Shown in pieces: positions 21,517 to 24,000 of a DNA stretch of 24,000 nt. The DNA is from Motilibacter aurantiacus (lineage in GTDB: Bacteria > Actinomycetota > Actinomycetes > Motilibacterales > Motilibacteraceae). Each line of letters opens with the position of its first letter. Positions within the stretch are counted from its first letter, which is position 1. The notes beneath the pieces are model-generated. The model did not search any database. It was not told the DNA's origin and saw only the letters and a program-made list of their open reading frames with translations. The translations under genes and the position numbers were made by a program. The stretch is from NCBI RefSeq assembly GCF_011250645.1, contig NZ_JAANNO010000006.1:270762-294761 (forward strand). Direction: 5' to 3'.

Positions 21517-22005
21517 ATGGAGCTGTGGGAGCTGGCCCTCGTCGCGCTGGCGATGCTGGTGGGCCTGGTCGGAGTGCTCGTCCCGGTCCTGCCCGGCCTG
21601 GCCGTCATCTGGGCGGCCGGGCTGGTGTGGGCCTGGCTGGAGGACGGCGTCGCGCCCTGGCTCGTGCTGGCCGCCGTCACCGCGGTGCTGGGCGCCGGCA
21701 CGACGGCGAAGTACGTCCTCCCGGCCCGGGCGCTGCGCGGCTCAGGAGCGCCCACGTCGACGGTCCTTGCCGGGGCGGCGCTCGGCGTCGTGGGCTTCTT
21801 CGTCCTGCCGGTCGTGGGCCTGCCCCTCGGCTTCGTCGGCGGGGTCTACCTCGCCGAGCAGGCGCGGCTGCGCGCGCCGCGCGCGGCCTGGGCCAGCACG
21901 GTGGTGACGCTCAAGGGCATCGGCATCGGTGTGCTCCTCGAGCTGGCCGCCGGCCTGGTCGCCGTCGGGCTGTGGACGGTCTCGGCGCTGATCATCGCCG
22001 CCTGA
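21517..22005 (+). CDS. DUF456-type small integral membrane protein
   Basis: MELWELALVALAMLVGLVGVLVPVLPGLAVIWAAGLVWAW...GAGTTAKYVLPAR...GFFVLPVVGLPLGFVGGVYLAE... has four hydrophobic segments and the LPGxP/AKY signature of DUF456. It lies in the frame of track ORF 20938..22005, but only the last 162 codons are credible. Confidence 0.7.
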   Translation: MELWELALVALAMLVGLVGVLVPVLPGLAVIWAAGLVWAWLEDGVAPWLVLAAVTAVLGAGTTAKYVLPARALRGSGAPTSTVLAGAALGVVGFFVLPVVGLPLGFVGGVYLAEQARLRAPRAAWASTVVTLKGIGIGVLLELAAGLVAVGLWTVSALIIAA

Positions 22006-23563
22006 CGCCCGGGACGGCACCAGGCCCGGCCGCGAGGCGCCCAGGCACCGGCAGCGGCACCAGCCGAAGGCCCCCTGCGTCGACCAGCAGCTCGCAGACC
22101 TGGTGACCCGCGGGGCCGCCGCGTACGCCGAGCACGGCCACCGTTCGCGCGAGCCGGTCGCCGAGGTCGAGGTGGCGCAGCAGCAGCACGCCGTCGGCCG
22201 CGGCCAGCAGCTCGGGATGGAGGTCCTGCGGGTCTCCGATCAGCGGCTGGGTGGACGTGGTGAGCAGCGTGGTGCCGCCGGTCGCCCGCAGCACCGCGTC
22301 CAAGCCGCGTACCAGCTCCGCGAAGACGACCTCCGACGCGGCCCGCTGCACGGCTCCGAGCCCGTCCACGACGACGCGGGCCGGCGCGAGCTCCTCGACT
22401 GCGAGCTGCACCGCCACGAGCATCTCCTCGGGCGCCTCGGGGCGCACGGGCAGGAACCGGAGGTGGCCCTTTCGCTCCGCCGCCTCGAGCCGGTAGCCCG
22501 CCCCGGCCGTCGCATGGAGCACCTGCTCCCGGGTGCGGTCGCACGCGACGAAGAGCACGGGCCCGTTCTCGCCGGCAGTGGGCTCGACCGCGCAGGCGAA
22601 CGACGCGGCGAGCAGCGTCTTGCCCGACGCGGCCGGTCCCGCGACCAGCAGCACCGACCCGCGGTACGCCCCGCCACCGCACAGCTCGTCGAGCTGCGAG
22701 CTGCCGAGCGGGACCCGGTCGTTGCCGGGCCGCGGGAGCGGTCGCCCGCCGCGCCCGGGCAGGACGACGACGCCTCGCCGCGGGTGGACGGAGAAGGGGT
22801 GCTCGCCGCCGCGGTGGCCCGCCCCGCGCATCTTCAGCACCTCGATGGTCCTGCGCCGGCGCTCCCCCTGCAGCCGGTTGCGCAGGACCACGACGTTGTC
22901 GGCGACGAACTGTCCGATGCCGGTCAGGGTGAGCCGTGGGTCGGCCTCGGCCGTCTCCGCCGTGAGCACCACGGTCAGCCCGAGGCGGCGCAGCTCGGCC
23001 ACGAGCCGGCGCAGCTGGCCGCGGACGACCTCGGTCCCCGCGCTGCGCAGCAGCACGGCGTCCAGGGAGTCGATGGCCAGCCGGACCGCGCCCGTGGCGT
23101 CGACCGCCCGGCCGATCTGCGCGGCCAGCGTCTCCAGGCTGTAGTCGGTGAAGGCCTCGGCGGACTCGCCCACGACGACGGGTGAGGCGTCGACGAAGCT
23201 CCACAGCTCCTGCCGCTCCCAGTCCGCGATCGGCCAGCCGAGCGTGGACAGGTTGGCCCGCAGCTCGTCCGCCGGCTCCTCGAGGGAGACGAAGACGGCC
23301 GGCTGCCCGCGGCGTACCCCCTCGGCGAGGAACTGGGCGGCGAACACCGTCTTCGCGGCTCCGGCCTCACCGGAGACCAGGGTGGCCCGTCCCCGCGGCA
23401 GGCCTCCCCCGCTGATGACGTCGAAGCCCGGGATCCCGGTCTCGACCCGCGCGAGCTCGGGGTCGGCGTGCTCGGCCGGACCGCGCTGCTCGTGCGGCGA
23501 GGGGTGAGCAGTGGGTGGTGCGCCATGCGTCCCCTGGGCGCCCGCAGGCCCAGGGGCCGTCAC
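21992..23563 (-). CDS. KaiC-like double RecA-domain ATPase (atypical, non-clock type)
   Basis: Domain 1, VETGIPGFDVISGGGLPRGRATLVSGEAGAAKTVFAAQFLAEG...AVFVSLEEPADEL...LAIDSLDAV...IEVLKMRGAGHRGGEHPFSV, aligns almost residue-for-residue with KaiC CI. Domain 2 is RVPLGSSQLDELCGGGAYRGSVLLVAGPAASGKTLLAASF...VLFVACDRTREQVL...VVVDGLGAV...VAVLGVRGG. The preferred start is GTG 23561-23563, overlapping the upstream stop (GTGA). The track start is 23611. Confidence 0.85.
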   Translation of the reverse strand: MTAPGPAGAQGTHGAPPTAHPSPHEQRGPAEHADPELARVETGIPGFDVISGGGLPRGRATLVSGEAGAAKTVFAAQFLAEGVRRGQPAVFVSLEEPADELRANLSTLGWPIADWERQELWSFVDASPVVVGESAEAFTDYSLETLAAQIGRAVDATGAVRLAIDSLDAVLLRSAGTEVVRGQLRRLVAELRRLGLTVVLTAETAEADPRLTLTGIGQFVADNVVVLRNRLQGERRRRTIEVLKMRGAGHRGGEHPFSVHPRRGVVVLPGRGGRPLPRPGNDRVPLGSSQLDELCGGGAYRGSVLLVAGPAASGKTLLAASFACAVEPTAGENGPVLFVACDRTREQVLHATAGAGYRLEAAERKGHLRFLPVRPEAPEEMLVAVQLAVEELAPARVVVDGLGAVQRAASEVVFAELVRGLDAVLRATGGTTLLTTSTQPLIGDPQDLHPELLAAADGVLLLRHLDLGDRLARTVAVLGVRGGPAGHQVCELLVDAGGLRLVPLPVPGRLAAGPGAVPGVRRR

Positions 23564-24000
23564 CGGGTGGCGCCCCGCGGGCCCGCCGCGGCCAGGACGA
23601 ACCAGACACACTTGCCGTCCGGCTCGGTCGTCACCCCCCAGTCGTCACTGAGCGCGGAGAGCAGGGCCAGCCCGCGCCCCGACGTGCGGGAATCGCTCTC
23701 CGCCTGCGGCTCCGGCTGCTGGGGGTTGTGGTCGGCCACGGTGACGAGGACCGCGGAGTCCAGCCGCGTCACGCCCACGGTGAACCGGGTACGCGCGTGC
23801 AGCACGGCATTGGTCACGACCTCGCTGACCAGGATGTCGAGGGCGTCTGCGGCCTCGGGGCCGAGCGGCGGTACCTGCGACCGCACCCACAGCCGAGCCT
23901 CCCGTGCCGCCCGCGGCTCCGGGCGCAGGTCCACGGAAGCGTGGGGAGCCCCCGGGGGGACCGCAAAGGCGTGTCCCTCCAGCAACGACTGCCTCCCCAT
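23560..24000 (-). CDS. RsbW/SpoIIAB-like HATPase_c-type serine kinase / anti-sigma-factor-like protein
   Basis: The 146-aa product contains ...AREARLWVRSQV...ADALDILVSEVVTNAVLHARTRFTVGVTRLDSAVLVTVADHNP...TSGRGLALLSALSDDWGVTTEPDGKCVWFVL. That covers the N-box (E..TNA..HA), G1 and G2 (GRGL) of the HATPase_c_2 family. Its ATG sits exactly at the window end (23998-24000), so a longer N-terminus cannot be excluded. Confidence 0.75.
   Translation of the reverse strand: MGRQSLLEGHAFAVPPGAPHASVDLRPEPRAAREARLWVRSQVPPLGPEAADALDILVSEVVTNAVLHARTRFTVGVTRLDSAVLVTVADHNPQQPEPQAESDSRTSGRGLALLSALSDDWGVTTEPDGKCVWFVLAAAGPRGATR

Overview
High-GC (well above 70% by eye) actinobacterial chromosomal segment. It is mostly core or house-keeping, with a strong stress-response character in the right half. 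All calls come from reading the supplied translations plus my own translation of the minus strand. No searches were run. Left half (minus strand unless noted): a secreted heparinase II/III-like protein truncated at the window start (missing from the ORF track), an APC amino-acid permease, a frameshifted MFS transporter, a GyrB/ParE-family topoisomerase B subunit, a small Cys/His protein (+), phosphoketolase, a translationally coupled pair of unknown genes (+), and the principal sigma factor (HrdB/SigA type). Right half: PAS-GAF-PP2C phosphatase, universal stress protein, GNAT acetyltransferase, a NUDIX-NYN fusion (+), and DUF3072 plus a coupled 61-aa ORF. It continues with a ydaO-type (c-di-AMP) riboswitch in front of an Rpf-like transglycosylase (+), DUF3140, DUF2267, a small acidic ORF (+), a second group-2 RpoD-family sigma factor (+), and a DUF456 membrane protein (+). 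It ends with a GTGA-coupled pair: an RsbW-like HATPase kinase and an atypical KaiC-like double-RecA ATPase. I saw no rRNA, tRNA, CRISPR array, transposase, integrase or IS ends. Many long ORFs in the track are antisense shadows typical of high-GC DNA. The most interesting points are the RsbW-like/KaiC-like operon, a recurring SigB/SigF-type promoter motif in front of four small stress genes (two apparently leaderless), the NUDIX-NYN fusion, the MFS frameshift that creates a chimeric 872-aa ORF, and several short tandem repeats in leaders and intergenic regions.
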